Shown: piece after piece, positions 49,346 to 60,350 of the stretch
Numbering within the stretch: the first letter of the stretch is position 1
Layout: every line of letters begins with the position of its first letter
NCBI GenBank assembly: GCA_965248265.1
Contig: CBDFJF010000001.1
Coordinates: 1,920,001-1,984,000 of the forward strand
DNA from: Candidatus Latescibacterota bacterium
GTDB lineage: Bacteria; Latescibacterota; UBA2968; UBA8231
Length of the DNA: 64,000 nt
Direction of reading: 5' to 3'
Translations under genes and position numbers: made by a program
The notes under the pieces: generated by a model
What the model saw: only the letters and a program-made list of their open reading frames with translations
What the model was told of the DNA's origin: nothing
Database searches by the model: none

Positions 49346-49510
49346 GTTGCCGCTGCAGTTGTTTGTAGAGAATACCAGGCCACGGTTTCGATGGCGAAAC
49401 GCTTTAGTATCGTTTCGCGGGCACATGTCCCCAACGTCGCACGCCGAGCGGGATCAAGCAGCAAACCGACCAACGTATCGGCGAACTTTTCTGGATTTCC
49501 TTGTAACCCC
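49312..49510 (-). pseudogene. 3' relic of a GT4 glycosyltransferase
   Basis: NPEKFADTLVGLLLDPARRATLGTCARETILKRFAIETVA matches the GT4 C-terminal helix pattern. Confidence 0.65.
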
Positions 49511-49541
49511 GTTTGGCGATCTCGGGCGGGCGGACACTTCT

Positions 49542-51314
49542 CTACCTCTTTAAGATGGGCAGAAACACCTCGATCTCGTCCAGACTCAGTCGGCAACTCT
49601 CACCATGCGTGTCGATTCCAACCATCACCACTCTCCTCGGGGTACGCGCCTCACTATCAAACAGGCCACCGTGCTTGGTCACCTCCTCGATGTCTGGCGT
49701 GCTCAAGCACGTCCACTCAGATCCCACTACTTGGGGCGCCGACCTAACGACGCCGTGAGTCGTTCCATAGTCCACACCGACAACAATCGAGACTCTGCTC
49801 TTCCACCCTTCGTCGTTCCGCGCGTAGAGGCGGATTCCCATGGGACCGTCAACTCCTATATCACTCCCCATCCGCCAATAGTGGTAGGGCCCTCCTGTTG
49901 GCCTCCCATAATCGGCCTCGATCCGGACTGCGGCGGCTCCTTTGTAAGCAGTGGAAGATCGCCCAACAACCTGGTTGGAAGGCTCCATATTCCCCGCCCA
50001 GTGTACGGGCAACTCGACTCCGCTCTCAAAACCATTGTACTGAACGAAAGGGAGTCCCCTCCACAGTTTCTGTCCTGATGGCCCCGGGTACTTACGCTGG
50101 ACGGCCGCCAGCGTCTGCGAGAATTTTCCCCCGACGCTGGCGGACTTACCGAACATGCGGTTGGCCTGTTCGTCGCTCCCTAGAGAAAAGAGGATTTCAC
50201 CGGTCTGCATGTATGCCGCCGCTCGCTGACCAGAGGGCGCTTCTACCCTTTCCAGGAGATCCACTCCTCTCGACTGCAACCGGAGGGCTTCTTCGGCCCG
50301 GCCCTGATGATGGAGAACACTCGCAAGCCTGAGATAGTCATCTGGGGAACCCAGCGTAATCCCGAACTGCGACGCCGCCCCTGCAGCAGCGAGATACGCC
50401 TCTGCCGCAGCACCGAGATTTCCGTCAGAAAGAAGCGTCTGAGCTTCCTTCTTTTCGGAGTGAACATTCGCCAGATGCAGAAGACTCCCGACATCTGCGA
50501 TCACGAGCCCAGCCCACGCCGACAGAACCATGATCTGCCCGACTCGCCATCCTTTCCAACACGCCGTATTCGCAGCCGTGCGAGTTACGGCATAGTAGAT
50601 CAGCAGGAAAGTCACCACTGCTCCAGTGGCCCGAACTGTTGTCTCGACTGTGCCGCCGTTTCCAATCACGTGCCGTGCCAAAATCATCGCCAGGATGACT
50701 GCGCCCAACGCCGCAACCGTCAAGTCCCAGGTGACAGTTCGCGACTGTGGTTCGTCTCTCGCTCCTCCGAGTTTTGTCAGGACTGCCGATGCGATAGCGA
50801 TGCCCAAAACAGATACGCTCAACAGATCTCCGTTGGAAGTCTGTGAACCAATGTTGTATTGGGCTATCAGGTAGGAGTAGACCAGTGCCAACAGTAACGC
50901 CGCGTGCCATGCCCCCTGTGTCGTAAGAGGAATCCCGCGTGCCAGTCCCCTCCACACTGGTACCAGCCCGAGACCGGCGACAATCAGGACTTCGCGAAGC
51001 AGTTCCGTCCACTCAGGGCGACGACCAAGAAAAACCAACGCCCATGGCAGGACGCATAGCATCGCGGCGCTGGCCACTTTCGCTGTCTGTTTCAAGAGGA
51101 GGGATCCACAGCGGCCTTCAGCAACGGCAACTGACGATTGGCCACCGTTGGCACATTCACTGTCTGAGGTCGAGCCCACGCTCGATAGATAGGGACCGGC
51201 TAAAGTTGAGAATATCAAGAGTTTCGGAATCCAAGAACCGCGGTGGGTGATCGAGCTCCCGAGACTGAAAATACCTGCTCTGCGGGACGAAGCGTATAAA
51301 AAACTCCCCTCCAA
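49542..51314 (-). CDS. Membrane protein with TPR-like helices and a C-terminal beta-rich domain
   Basis: Multiple TMs, then TPR-like AAAYMQTGEILFSLG. The real start must be downstream of about 51160 because the corrected upstream gene ends at 51157. Confidence 0.55.
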   Translation of the reverse strand: MEGSFLYASSRRAGIFSLGSSITHRGSWIPKLLIFSTLAGPYLSSVGSTSDSECANGGQSSVAVAEGRCGSLLLKQTAKVASAAMLCVLPWALVFLGRRPEWTELLREVLIVAGLGLVPVWRGLARGIPLTTQGAWHAALLLALVYSYLIAQYNIGSQTSNGDLLSVSVLGIAIASAVLTKLGGARDEPQSRTVTWDLTVAALGAVILAMILARHVIGNGGTVETTVRATGAVVTFLLIYYAVTRTAANTACWKGWRVGQIMVLSAWAGLVIADVGSLLHLANVHSEKKEAQTLLSDGNLGAAAEAYLAAAGAASQFGITLGSPDDYLRLASVLHHQGRAEEALRLQSRGVDLLERVEAPSGQRAAAYMQTGEILFSLGSDEQANRMFGKSASVGGKFSQTLAAVQRKYPGPSGQKLWRGLPFVQYNGFESGVELPVHWAGNMEPSNQVVGRSSTAYKGAAAVRIEADYGRPTGGPYHYWRMGSDIGVDGPMGIRLYARNDEGWKSRVSIVVGVDYGTTHGVVRSAPQVVGSEWTCLSTPDIEEVTKHGGLFDSEARTPRRVVMVGIDTHGESCRLSLDEIEVFLPILKR

Positions 51315-52834
51315 GCGTCATGCGTGCAACACTCTCCTTCCCCAGCAATTCGATGGTATCGACTACCGTCAGAGACCGGCTGCTCCATTCGATCGTACGC
51401 TCAAAAGCGACGGAAACCTGTCTCTGGCCGAGGATGAGGGTTTTCCGGATTCGACCCTTCAGCCGGTGGCAGAACCCTGCGGCTCGGTCCCATCACGGCG
51501 AGAACAGAGCGAAAGAGTATATTGCGCCAGAGCGTGAACACCCGATGCGTGGGTACCCTCTGCAACCGCCCACTCACCCTCCCACCGTTGTCGTTTACCA
51601 GAACTTCGTACTCCGGGTCCACCCACTGGCTCGATACTATTGTCCCGTCCGTCAGAGTCCCGATGACTCCGCAATCATTGAATCTCAGCCTGCCGCTCGT
51701 GCGCTCGAAGACTTTTACAACCCCTCCCTTGCGATAGTTCACCAGGAGAAAGTGCTCTCCAATGGTCCTGGCCACGATGCCTCCTCTACGCAAGTGGGTC
51801 TGTGTAACCGACTTCTGGTGGGGCAACTCTGGTAACGGAGTTGTACGTTCGGCATGGTCGAGGTACGCCAGCAGGTACTCCGGTACACGATAACCGACAT
51901 ATCGGTCGGACATGATCTCCGGGGGAACCAGTCCTCCGGTGGTCAGAGACCGAAGCATCGGCTCGCAGACAGCCTGTGCCATCGGCAGGTGCCGCCCCAT
52001 GATTTCGAATCCGTGTGGATAGAAATGCAGTGTATTCCGGCTCCCCATGCTGCCGGCATAGAACCCGTTCGGGTAAACAAAATAGCCGCACACCTCTATC
52101 GATTGAGACAGGACTTTCTTGAGGCTTTCGTCGGGCCACTCCTGGTAAATCTTCGCGAGAAAAGAGACTGTGGCAGAGAGATAGCCGGGATCGATTCCGT
52201 CGTACTCTCTCGACCAGCCCTCATCGGCATCATGGTAGGTTACAAACCCACTCCACAAGTGCTCGAAATCGGCTCGCAGACTGTCGCTGCGGAGAAGAGC
52301 GGCTGCTTTCCACACGGCGAGACAGGCCATGGCGTGATGATTGGCCAGATGATCTTCTTCTTTGTCTCCAGAGGCGATGAAGTCGGCGGCCCTCCCGATC
52401 GCCCCGCGAACGCGGTTACGTACTTCCTCACCCATTCCCTCCTCGAGGAGACGATAACTCTCGACCGCCGTATAGGTCGTAAAGGCCGTGGGGCCAACCC
52501 AACCACGCTCGTATGGGTAGAACTCGTCAAAGGAGCCATCGCGATGCTGAATTGAGGCCCAGAAGTCCAACCCCGCAATCGCCCATTCCAGGACGCGTTC
52601 GTTGTGATAGTACTGACTCCCCGGAAACTTATGGCTATAGACGAGGGCCAGGGCGTGCACACCAAACTGTCGCACCGCGTCGGGAAAGTCGGATACCTTG
52701 TCCAGCCAATAATCGTGGTGCAGACAACCGTAAGTCGGAGAGAACGGGTCTCTGTCTTGATTGCCCAACAGTCTCGGAACCTGACTCAACGCATGCTGAG
52801 CGTACACCTCCGGTGGGCTATAGCCGGAACTCAT
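51157..52834 (-). CDS. QxxDGSFDE-motif hypothetical protein, paralog of 27541-29229, one frameshift near 51485
   Basis: The shifted frame continues GFCHRLKGRIRKTLIL...FVPQSRYFQSRELD, collinear with the paralog. Confidence 0.72.
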
Positions 52835-53721
52835 CGGCTTCTTTTGTCAACGAGATCCGCGATAAGACCGATCGCCAGCAGCTGCAGCCCACTGGAGGCG
52901 AGAACGATCGTCGTCACGTCCATGATCTGTGGAGTAAAGAAGTAACTGTAAGAGAGGACACTGAAGGACGCCCCAAAGAGGAATAAAGAAAAAGGCAGGA
53001 AGACTTTGAGCGGATTGAAATACATCACGGTTCGGACGATCAGTTGAGCGAATTTCAGCGTATCTCTGAGCGGCCGGATCTTCGACCGACCTGTCCTTTT
53101 GTGGTAGTCGATCGGTATGAACCTGACCTCGAAGTCGTTTGTGAGCATAGCGAGTGTTATCGTCGTAGTGAACGAGAACCCGTTCGGCAGAATACTCAGG
53201 AATCGCTCCACTACACTCTTGCGCATGACTCTCAATCCCGAGTTCAGATCGGGAATCTTCACTCCCGCCAAATAGCTCGCCAATCGTCCAATCAGCCACT
53301 TCGCCGGGCGCCGGATCAATGAGATGTGAACATGTCTGCCAGTTCGCGCGCCGACCGTCATATCACATCCATCTATGAGAGCGATCAGCTCGGGCAGTCG
53401 ATCCGATGGATAGGTGCCGTCCGCATCCGTGATGGCGACCAGCTCGGCCTTTGCCTGCCGTATGCCGTGCTTGAGCGATGCCCCATACCCGCGGTTTTCC
53501 TCGTGACGCAACACGACGGCACGCTTCTCCAATGCCTGTTCGCTGGTCCCGTCGTCTGATCCGTCGTCGACGACGATCACTTCGAATGGAATACCTGCCT
53601 TGTCCATAACTTCGTAGATCTCATCGATAGCGACCCCAATACCGGCGACCTCGTTGTAGGCAGGAACGATGATGCTGACTTCCGGCTTGGTATTCACCTC
53701 AGGCAACTCCAAACAGGGCAT
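52831..53721 (-). CDS. GT2 glycosyltransferase (DPM-synthase-like, C-terminal TMs)
   Basis: IIVPAYNE, VDDGSDD, NRGYG, DADG, DLNSG. Confidence 0.92.
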   Translation of the reverse strand: MPCLELPEVNTKPEVSIIVPAYNEVAGIGVAIDEIYEVMDKAGIPFEVIVVDDGSDDGTSEQALEKRAVVLRHEENRGYGASLKHGIRQAKAELVAITDADGTYPSDRLPELIALIDGCDMTVGARTGRHVHISLIRRPAKWLIGRLASYLAGVKIPDLNSGLRVMRKSVVERFLSILPNGFSFTTTITLAMLTNDFEVRFIPIDYHKRTGRSKIRPLRDTLKFAQLIVRTVMYFNPLKVFLPFSLFLFGASFSVLSYSYFFTPQIMDVTTIVLASSGLQLLAIGLIADLVDKRSR

Positions 53722-53785
53722 AAGGCTACATTTTCTTGCGCAATTTTCACATGGTCTCCAAGATTGTCAGAGAACTGGAGATGGG

Positions 53786-54393
53786 ATGGCTGAGATAACC
53801 TCCGACGCGTCATGCGTCGTATGTAGTTCGCAACCATGCGAAATCTACCGGATCTACAGAACCACTCTCGAGAGAATCGGCTCTATGATCCCAAAGGGCC
53901 ACCTGCTGGACATCGGATGTTCCTATCGCGCGTTTGTAGAGCCCGCTCGGAATAGCGGCTGGGAGGCCACTGGTGTTGACATCTCCCGGAAAGCGACCTC
54001 GTACGCACGGCAGCACAGAATTTAATTGCTTGAGATTCGTCGAATACTGATCGCTGGTGAAATTGTAGCGATATTCACAACAAACCAGAAAAGCCTCATG
54101 AATAGGCTTGCCCATATGTCAAACCGACTCACGCTCGGCAGATTCAAATCGCCGTTAGCCCTTTGTACGACAAGCATCATCGATTCTACCCGAGCGAAGG
54201 GACTCTGATAGAACTGCTGCGGAATGCGTGCATTACTGGAGATATTGTAGTGGATTGGATGGATGCCGATATCGGATGGCAAGCCGTTCCTATCCCGAAA
54301 ATCCTTGGACCGGGCAGCAAGTGCGTCGATGTCGCTGCTCGGTTGATCGGCTCTCGATACCGGATGTTGCTGTGTGCCATCAATGCCAGTTGA
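53786..54393 (+). pseudogene. Decayed zinc-site class I methyltransferase on the opposite strand
   Basis: GGAG plus ATG 53786; CVVC, LLDIGCS, GVDIS, stop, LLEIRRIL, YDKHH. Internal segments are missing. Confidence 0.72.
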
Positions 54394-54432
54394 GCCGTCC
54401 CCTGTCCGGCCCATTGCCTGTTACCACGATAA

Positions 54433-54840
54433 TCAGTTAGACTCCGGCGAAGCACGATCCTCAGTAGAGCCCGCCTCGACTCTCTTCTGTAACCGCTCTA
54501 TTTGCTCACGGAGGAGCCCGATCTCCTGGGCCATTGCGCGATTCCGATCAACTTGACGACTCAGGTCCACAGAAAACTGCACAGAGACCAGTACCAATCC
54601 CACGAGCCAGATCAGAAACAGTGCTGATGGTGCGTAGGCTACGCCAATCACGGCGGCGATCCACTCCAAACCCCCTCTGAAAAGCGAGGCGCCTATGAAG
54701 AGGAGGGCGGTTCCCAGCCACAGCATCGAGTACTCGACTCGAAGCCTCTCGTGCCGTACGAGTCGAATCAAAAAGAGGGCAAAGAGTACACTTCCAGTGA
54801 CTGCGAGTACCTGAAGACGCCAGATGTCGACATTCATCAT
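54433..54840 (-). CDS. DUF2304 family membrane protein
   Basis: Three TMs, LRVEYSMLWL, GVAYAPS, LSR...MAQEIGLL; directly downstream of a GT2. Confidence 0.85.
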   Translation of the reverse strand: MMNVDIWRLQVLAVTGSVLFALFLIRLVRHERLRVEYSMLWLGTALLFIGASLFRGGLEWIAAVIGVAYAPSALFLIWLVGLVLVSVQFSVDLSRQVDRNRAMAQEIGLLREQIERLQKRVEAGSTEDRASPESN

Positions 54841-54885
54841 TATCCCCCTAGCGCTCCAAAGCGACTGCTACGAGCACGCTATCGT

Positions 54886-55647
54886 TCATTTTCTCTTGTT
54901 CCCTGCGCTGCCGCCCACCAGTGCATGGCAGAAGGCAAGCGCCATGAACACCCTCAGGCAGTAATAGGCTGATCCGATGAAACCGATCGAGGATTTGCCA
55001 CCCGTCCGTTCAGCCATGCGGACGGGAGCTTCCACGACTTTGAGGTCGGCAAGGGCCGCCATGCCGATACTCTCGATCTCGGGATAGTCGACGGGATAGC
55101 TCTCGGCAAACAGCTTGATAGCTTCCGGGCCACAGACACGCAAACCCGATGTGGGGTCCGTGACTCGTACTCCATAGATCATGCGTAGCGCGGTACCGAA
55201 TATCCTGCCTCCGAGACGACGTGCTTTCGAAGATTGAAACCCTTCCCGTTCGATGTAGCGCGACCCGATCACGATATCAGCATCGGTTTCGAAAAGAGTG
55301 CGGACGATCCGCCGCGCCTCGCAAGCCATGTGCTGGCCGTCACCGTCGATCTGAACGACAATGTCGTAACCGTGCCGCCAGGCGAAGACAAAGCCGACTT
55401 GTCGAGCCCCGCCGATTCCGAGATTGCAAGGGAGACGAATAAGATCAACTTCATCTACACGTCTGACAGCGTCCGCAGTGTTGTCAGTCGAGCCGTCGTC
55501 GACAACGACGATCGACCACTTGGGTTCACAGGCCCGAACATCAGTGAGGACGCCCGCTATCGAGGTCGACTCGTTGTATGCCGGCACGACAACCAGAACC
55601 CTACAGTGATCGACGTTGGTGCACGTCGCTCTTTTGACGTCGCTCAC
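54886..55647 (-). CDS. GT2 glycosyltransferase (DPM1-like)
   Basis: VVPAYNE, VDDGSTD, NLGIGG, QIDGDGQH, DPTSG, DYPE. Confidence 0.92.
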   Translation of the reverse strand: MSDVKRATCTNVDHCRVLVVVPAYNESTSIAGVLTDVRACEPKWSIVVVDDGSTDNTADAVRRVDEVDLIRLPCNLGIGGARQVGFVFAWRHGYDIVVQIDGDGQHMACEARRIVRTLFETDADIVIGSRYIEREGFQSSKARRLGGRIFGTALRMIYGVRVTDPTSGLRVCGPEAIKLFAESYPVDYPEIESIGMAALADLKVVEAPVRMAERTGGKSSIGFIGSAYYCLRVFMALAFCHALVGGSAGNKRK

Positions 55648-57062
55648 TCCCCGGCATCCTGGCATGTTTGTGTTGCGTGGACTGGTCGATCAGTTGCGCG
55701 TGACCTTCTGAAGTCGAGGAGTAAGCCTATCCATAAAATCACTAAAGGCTGAATCATCAGAGCAACTCTGGGAATCGATTGCCTCACGATGTCCGGCCTC
55801 CCGGCGAGGGTAAAGGCCATTGCCGTTGCGAAAAGCAGAGCAACTTGGACGGGTATTACCCATGCAAAATAGGCTGTACCGTGCAGCCGCGCGATGTCGG
55901 TTATCAGAACCAAAATCAGGAAAATCAGCAGGTATGCGTCACCATTTGCCGCCTCCCACGTGGCCAGCCAGACATGCCTGTGCTCAGGGAGAAAGATGAC
56001 ACCGAGAGTCAGCTTTGAGAGAATCAAAGGGGCGTACTGGTCCAGCAAAGTCATCCACCCTCGAACATACCTCGAGTAGATAATCCACGGAGCGATCACT
56101 GCCCCGATCATCCCGACGGTTGCGACCGCCATCACCCAGTGTCCGCGTGCAAGACACCACACGGCCGGCCAGATCACGGCAATCAGGCCGTAGACCTGCG
56201 CGTCAGGGCGGACCCAGGCGGCACTACCGAGAAGAAAAGATCCCAGAATCAGTGTATCGAATCGATTCTCCCGCATGCCCAGATACAAGCAGCCTACACC
56301 CAGCAACATGTAACAGGCGGCTGTGAAGTCAAGCATGGAGTTGGTACCACCAGGGAATGCGTTCAGGCTGAAGACGAGCCCCAGATAGAGACCGGCTCGA
56401 ATCCCTCTGTACCTGACTACGAGAGCAAAGAGGAATGCCAGCGCATTCGCGTAGTGAAGTGAGGAGATTACCGTCTCGGCCTCGCCCCCAAGGAGGTACA
56501 TCCAAGTGCGTTGCAGGGGAACGAGCGGAGGATAGTTTGGAGTGGCGATGTGATATTGCCCCTCGGGGGCTGTGACCATCGACCTATGGTGAAAGAAAAT
56601 CTGCGAACGTTTGACGTGTTGCCCGATCTCGTCCCACAGAACAGGGGGCGTGTGCGCCGCTATGAATAGATTGTAACCCACCATGGCAATCAGGACGACC
56701 AGCAGGATTTTGAGTAGGACAGGAAGGTTTGCACCTACCCCGCGTGCCTCTTGTCCCGCCCGTCTAAGGCAGCTGAGTAAGGCCGACGGCGGCCAAACAG
56801 CGCTGAATCGCCAGAACAGCAAGATCAGTGCGGAATACGTCAGGCATACTGCGGCGACAAAACCGCCGCCGAAACTGAAACCTGCCCATGAGCCTGTGAA
56901 CATCACGAGGATCGTGACCATCCAGCCGACATGGTATCCCGCGCTTACAACGGCAAGTGCCGGCAAGTCGCGGCAACTGATGGATACCAAGGCTGTCCCA
57001 AGCATCCATGGGGCCAGGATACTAGCGAAGCCACCAAGAATTTGAATCAGATGATCCGTCAC
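55644..57062 (-). CDS. GT-C-like polytopic membrane protein
   Basis: Many TMs; LWDE loop motif, NYPPLVP, AWVRPD. Confidence 0.6.
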   Translation of the reverse strand: MTDHLIQILGGFASILAPWMLGTALVSISCRDLPALAVVSAGYHVGWMVTILVMFTGSWAGFSFGGGFVAAVCLTYSALILLFWRFSAVWPPSALLSCLRRAGQEARGVGANLPVLLKILLVVLIAMVGYNLFIAAHTPPVLWDEIGQHVKRSQIFFHHRSMVTAPEGQYHIATPNYPPLVPLQRTWMYLLGGEAETVISSLHYANALAFLFALVVRYRGIRAGLYLGLVFSLNAFPGGTNSMLDFTAACYMLLGVGCLYLGMRENRFDTLILGSFLLGSAAWVRPDAQVYGLIAVIWPAVWCLARGHWVMAVATVGMIGAVIAPWIIYSRYVRGWMTLLDQYAPLILSKLTLGVIFLPEHRHVWLATWEAANGDAYLLIFLILVLITDIARLHGTAYFAWVIPVQVALLFATAMAFTLAGRPDIVRQSIPRVALMIQPLVILWIGLLLDFRRSRATDRPVHATQTCQDAGE

Positions 57063-57065
57063 AGC

Positions 57066-58121
57066 CTACAACCCTTCCCTGTTTACCGTGATCAAGCCCC
57101 AGTCGCGGTAAGGGTATTTTCGCTCATCACTCAATAGGTTGAGCTGGATGACGGCCAGCCGCCCTGGATTCATTTGCGGTGCCTGTTTCCGAATTGCTTC
57201 ACCCAGGTTCTCAATGACATGCTCCACCCAGCCGTCTTCCCTGGCGATCGCCAAAGCATTGATGTTCCTTAGTCCGACTCCTGGTTTCAAGAGAGACAAA
57301 GCCACTGCCATCTGTCCCCCTGTCGTTCTCTCCCAAAGCGAGAATCGAACCGGTGGGTCATCGTCTGGAGATACAAAGATCGTCTTGCCGGACACTCCGA
57401 GGCGCCACATATCGTGCTCAGCATATCCATAGGTGATGTCGAAGTACTCTGAAAACCCGGAGCGCGAGCCGGTGTCGCTTCTCCTATGCTCGTGGATTTC
57501 TCTCGTAGCTCTGGTGATGTAATCCCCGGCAATCTGAGTCGAGTCCGAATTGGTGTCGTAGTCGTTCTCGAACAACACCTCGGCTTCAGTCCAGATCCGG
57601 ACGTCATCGATATTCACTTCCATCCGCTTGCTCACAGTAGGTCGAAGATCAATTCCACGTCCTTGATGATAGTACTCGCGCGTACCGGGGACGGTGAAAG
57701 AGGGGGAATCGTCAGCCATCACAACGTATTGGATGTCCTCCTGAGTCTGCAGGGTCTCCTGCCCACCGAGAACAAGCCGACGAGGAAACACGAAGTAGGC
57801 AATAAGACTGGGATTCGAGAGATGCGGTCCCATGCCAACAGTAGACAGAAGAATACGCGCATCTGAGGGGGTCCTTTCACAAATGAACTGACCGAATCTG
57901 TATAGATCACCCCATGTTCTCCAGATCCTCTCGTCTTTGCTCTGAAATGCGTAATCCAGACTGAACATCCCCACCCTTGGATACATTACCGCCAACACCA
58001 GGAAAATCAGGAGCACGGAATGTCTGCGACTCCAGATCGCACTCCACGCGGATAACGCCGTAATCCTATTTGTTGCTGGCAGCTTCATCGATTGGTTAGC
58101 TCGACCCCGTGTAATGACCAT
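57066..58121 (-). CDS. Hypothetical membrane-anchored protein
   Basis: 351-aa ORF in operon order with an N-terminal TM; no family recognised. Confidence 0.55.
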   Translation of the reverse strand: MVITRGRANQSMKLPATNRITALSAWSAIWSRRHSVLLIFLVLAVMYPRVGMFSLDYAFQSKDERIWRTWGDLYRFGQFICERTPSDARILLSTVGMGPHLSNPSLIAYFVFPRRLVLGGQETLQTQEDIQYVVMADDSPSFTVPGTREYYHQGRGIDLRPTVSKRMEVNIDDVRIWTEAEVLFENDYDTNSDSTQIAGDYITRATREIHEHRRSDTGSRSGFSEYFDITYGYAEHDMWRLGVSGKTIFVSPDDDPPVRFSLWERTTGGQMAVALSLLKPGVGLRNINALAIAREDGWVEHVIENLGEAIRKQAPQMNPGRLAVIQLNLLSDERKYPYRDWGLITVNREGL

Positions 58122-58139
58122 CGAACACTACATTGCTAC

Positions 58140-58375
58140 TCGGTTTGAGCCGGCGTGCTTCATCGTGGTGGAGGGATCCCTGCCGGCGGTCGACCGGGTT
58201 AAATCCATCCACTTGATGTCGGGATAGTACCACGTCTTTCTTCATGAAGTTCTCCGACTCCTCTAAACCAATGAAGACCGGCACAAACTGTGCACCGTGC
58301 AGCACTGCCTGCAACCACTAGATCATCACCCCGACCTCGCCCAATCTCCAACCCCTCCACGGATTCTTCAGACCC
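58140..58375 (-). pseudogene. Relic of a second copy of the adjacent GT-C gene
   Basis: HGAQFVPVFIGLEESENFM/KTWYYPDIKWM versus HGAQFIPVALGIESSEDFTRRKTWYHDDVVWL in 58376-60343. Confidence 0.72.
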
Positions 58376-60343
58376 TCAACGCTCGCCTTCCTGACAGTTG
58401 CCAAGGTGGAGTCTGTAGACCACAGACTCCAGTTGCCGCGTGCCTATTCCCAAGGTTCGCGACTCGGCCGTAGTTCGCCGACTCCTGTAGACCTCCTCTC
58501 CGCATTCCGTGGTGAGATCGCGTATCACGGTCATGGCGTTGCGTATGACCGGGTCCGGTATTGCCTCGAGGCGCGACGGCGGGTAGCGCCGCTCATCGAT
58601 ATACAGGTGGGTGATGCCCAGAGCAGTGAGCTCCGCCGACAGCCCTCGGACGTTGCGGGTACGGCTCCAATCGAGGAACCCCTGGAAATACACGGAGGCG
58701 AAGAAGTAATCCACGTTAAGAGGGTAATTCAGCAGCCTGTTGAAGTGCAGCAGTCGTTCGCCAGGCTGAAGTGTGTGGTTGAGCCAGACGACATCGTCGT
58801 GATACCAGGTCTTCCTCCTCGTGAAATCCTCACTCGACTCGATTCCGAGTGCGACCGGGATGAACTGCGCGCCATGCACGACTGTGACAGACAGCTGGAA
58901 CACGACGCCCACTGCGAGTGGCCAGACGATGAAAGGCCTGAGCCTCTCCCATTTCCAGGCACCTTGCACACCACCCACGCCGAGGATCAGGAGCCATGGC
59001 ACTACCGGGAGTAAGTGACGGGATCGATGAAAGGCAAGGGCGAGCCAGAGAGACGCAAACAAGCCTGCATAGACGATGACGAAAATCCCGATTTCGCGAA
59101 ACCGCTGGTTATGCCACATCGCCAGACCGACGGTGGGAATCATCAGGAATGGAACCAAGCCGTACCCATTCCGGGCAGCGCCAAGTACAGACCCGTTCAT
59201 AGTCACGATCCAAGGCAGCGTCAAGAGCATCCACGGGGTGACTGGCAGTGCCCTCTTGTGGCGCTCTGTGAAGGCCGAGAACGCTGCGTCGAGTGAGGCG
59301 CTCCAATCGGTACCTCCAAAGAGCGAGTAGAACGCGGGATAAAGGGGATTGCCTGTGTTGGCATAGTTCCGAAGCCACCAGGGACAGGCCACGCATACTG
59401 CTACCATCAGAATGAGGCCAGTGGCGAGAACGATCCTTCTGACGGGAATCCGCCTCCACACAACGATCGACAACATGGTCAAAACTGGGACGATCGCCAG
59501 TGTGAAGAGGCCATAGTATTTAATTCCAGCGGCGAAGCCCAGGAAGAGCCCTGCAAGCACAGCTGTGAGGTAGCGATCTGCCCTAGCCCATTCAAGCATC
59601 ATCCATACGCCCATCAGACTGTATAGCATGAGCGGTATATCGACATGTCCCGCCACGCCAATATCGGCAACCATCGGCAAAGTTATGAAGATCGACCCAA
59701 CCCAAAGCCCGGCATGCCGGGATCCAAGCAGCGCTCCTGCGAGGGCGACGATGGCCAAGCAGGCGACGGCCAATTGGATCCATGAAATAACTCCGGCCAA
59801 CCTCACGTCGGCCAAGGCCATGCCAAGAGCGTAGAGCATATGCGAGTACAGGGGGCCGTTCGTCGCAACGTCTGGCACGTACACGAGTCCAGCCTCGGAC
59901 GCGACCAGTTTGGGATAGGCGTAGTGGTATGCCAGGGTATCAGCGGCCGTGGGTGGGGATACCGCTTCGAAAGTGTACAGGAGCAGGGCAACTGCAATCA
60001 CGGCTACGGGCAGGCGTTCCCACGGCGAGTGGGTGTCCAACCACTGCCTGCTCATGGTGCAGAACGTTCGGACCCAACAACTCAGGTCGCGCCACACAAA
60101 GGGCAGCAAGACAGCGGTACCAATACCGGTCACGCTGGCTTCCAGCACGTCCAGACTGGCCATCGCCGTGCCCGTAAGCGACAGGACACCCAGCCCGAGA
60201 CTGGCCGAGCCCGCCAGGTACGGCCCCTTGGCAAGCTCCCAATCATCCGTCAGGCAGCGCCAGATCGCGCTTCCCAAAGCGATTGCTGTGCTGATGACGG
60301 CGCCTGCCAGCGCTGCTGTACTGACGGCTGCGAGTACGTTCAT
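58376..60343 (-). CDS. GT-C (ArnT/PMT-like) membrane glycosyltransferase
   Basis: PPTAADTLAYH, GFAAGIKY, PWWLRNYANTGNPLYP, SRHLLP. Confidence 0.75.
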   Translation of the reverse strand: MNVLAAVSTAALAGAVISTAIALGSAIWRCLTDDWELAKGPYLAGSASLGLGVLSLTGTAMASLDVLEASVTGIGTAVLLPFVWRDLSCWVRTFCTMSRQWLDTHSPWERLPVAVIAVALLLYTFEAVSPPTAADTLAYHYAYPKLVASEAGLVYVPDVATNGPLYSHMLYALGMALADVRLAGVISWIQLAVACLAIVALAGALLGSRHAGLWVGSIFITLPMVADIGVAGHVDIPLMLYSLMGVWMMLEWARADRYLTAVLAGLFLGFAAGIKYYGLFTLAIVPVLTMLSIVVWRRIPVRRIVLATGLILMVAVCVACPWWLRNYANTGNPLYPAFYSLFGGTDWSASLDAAFSAFTERHKRALPVTPWMLLTLPWIVTMNGSVLGAARNGYGLVPFLMIPTVGLAMWHNQRFREIGIFVIVYAGLFASLWLALAFHRSRHLLPVVPWLLILGVGGVQGAWKWERLRPFIVWPLAVGVVFQLSVTVVHGAQFIPVALGIESSEDFTRRKTWYHDDVVWLNHTLQPGERLLHFNRLLNYPLNVDYFFASVYFQGFLDWSRTRNVRGLSAELTALGITHLYIDERRYPPSRLEAIPDPVIRNAMTVIRDLTTECGEEVYRSRRTTAESRTLGIGTRQLESVVYRLHLGNCQEGER

Positions 60344-60350
60344 GACCTGG

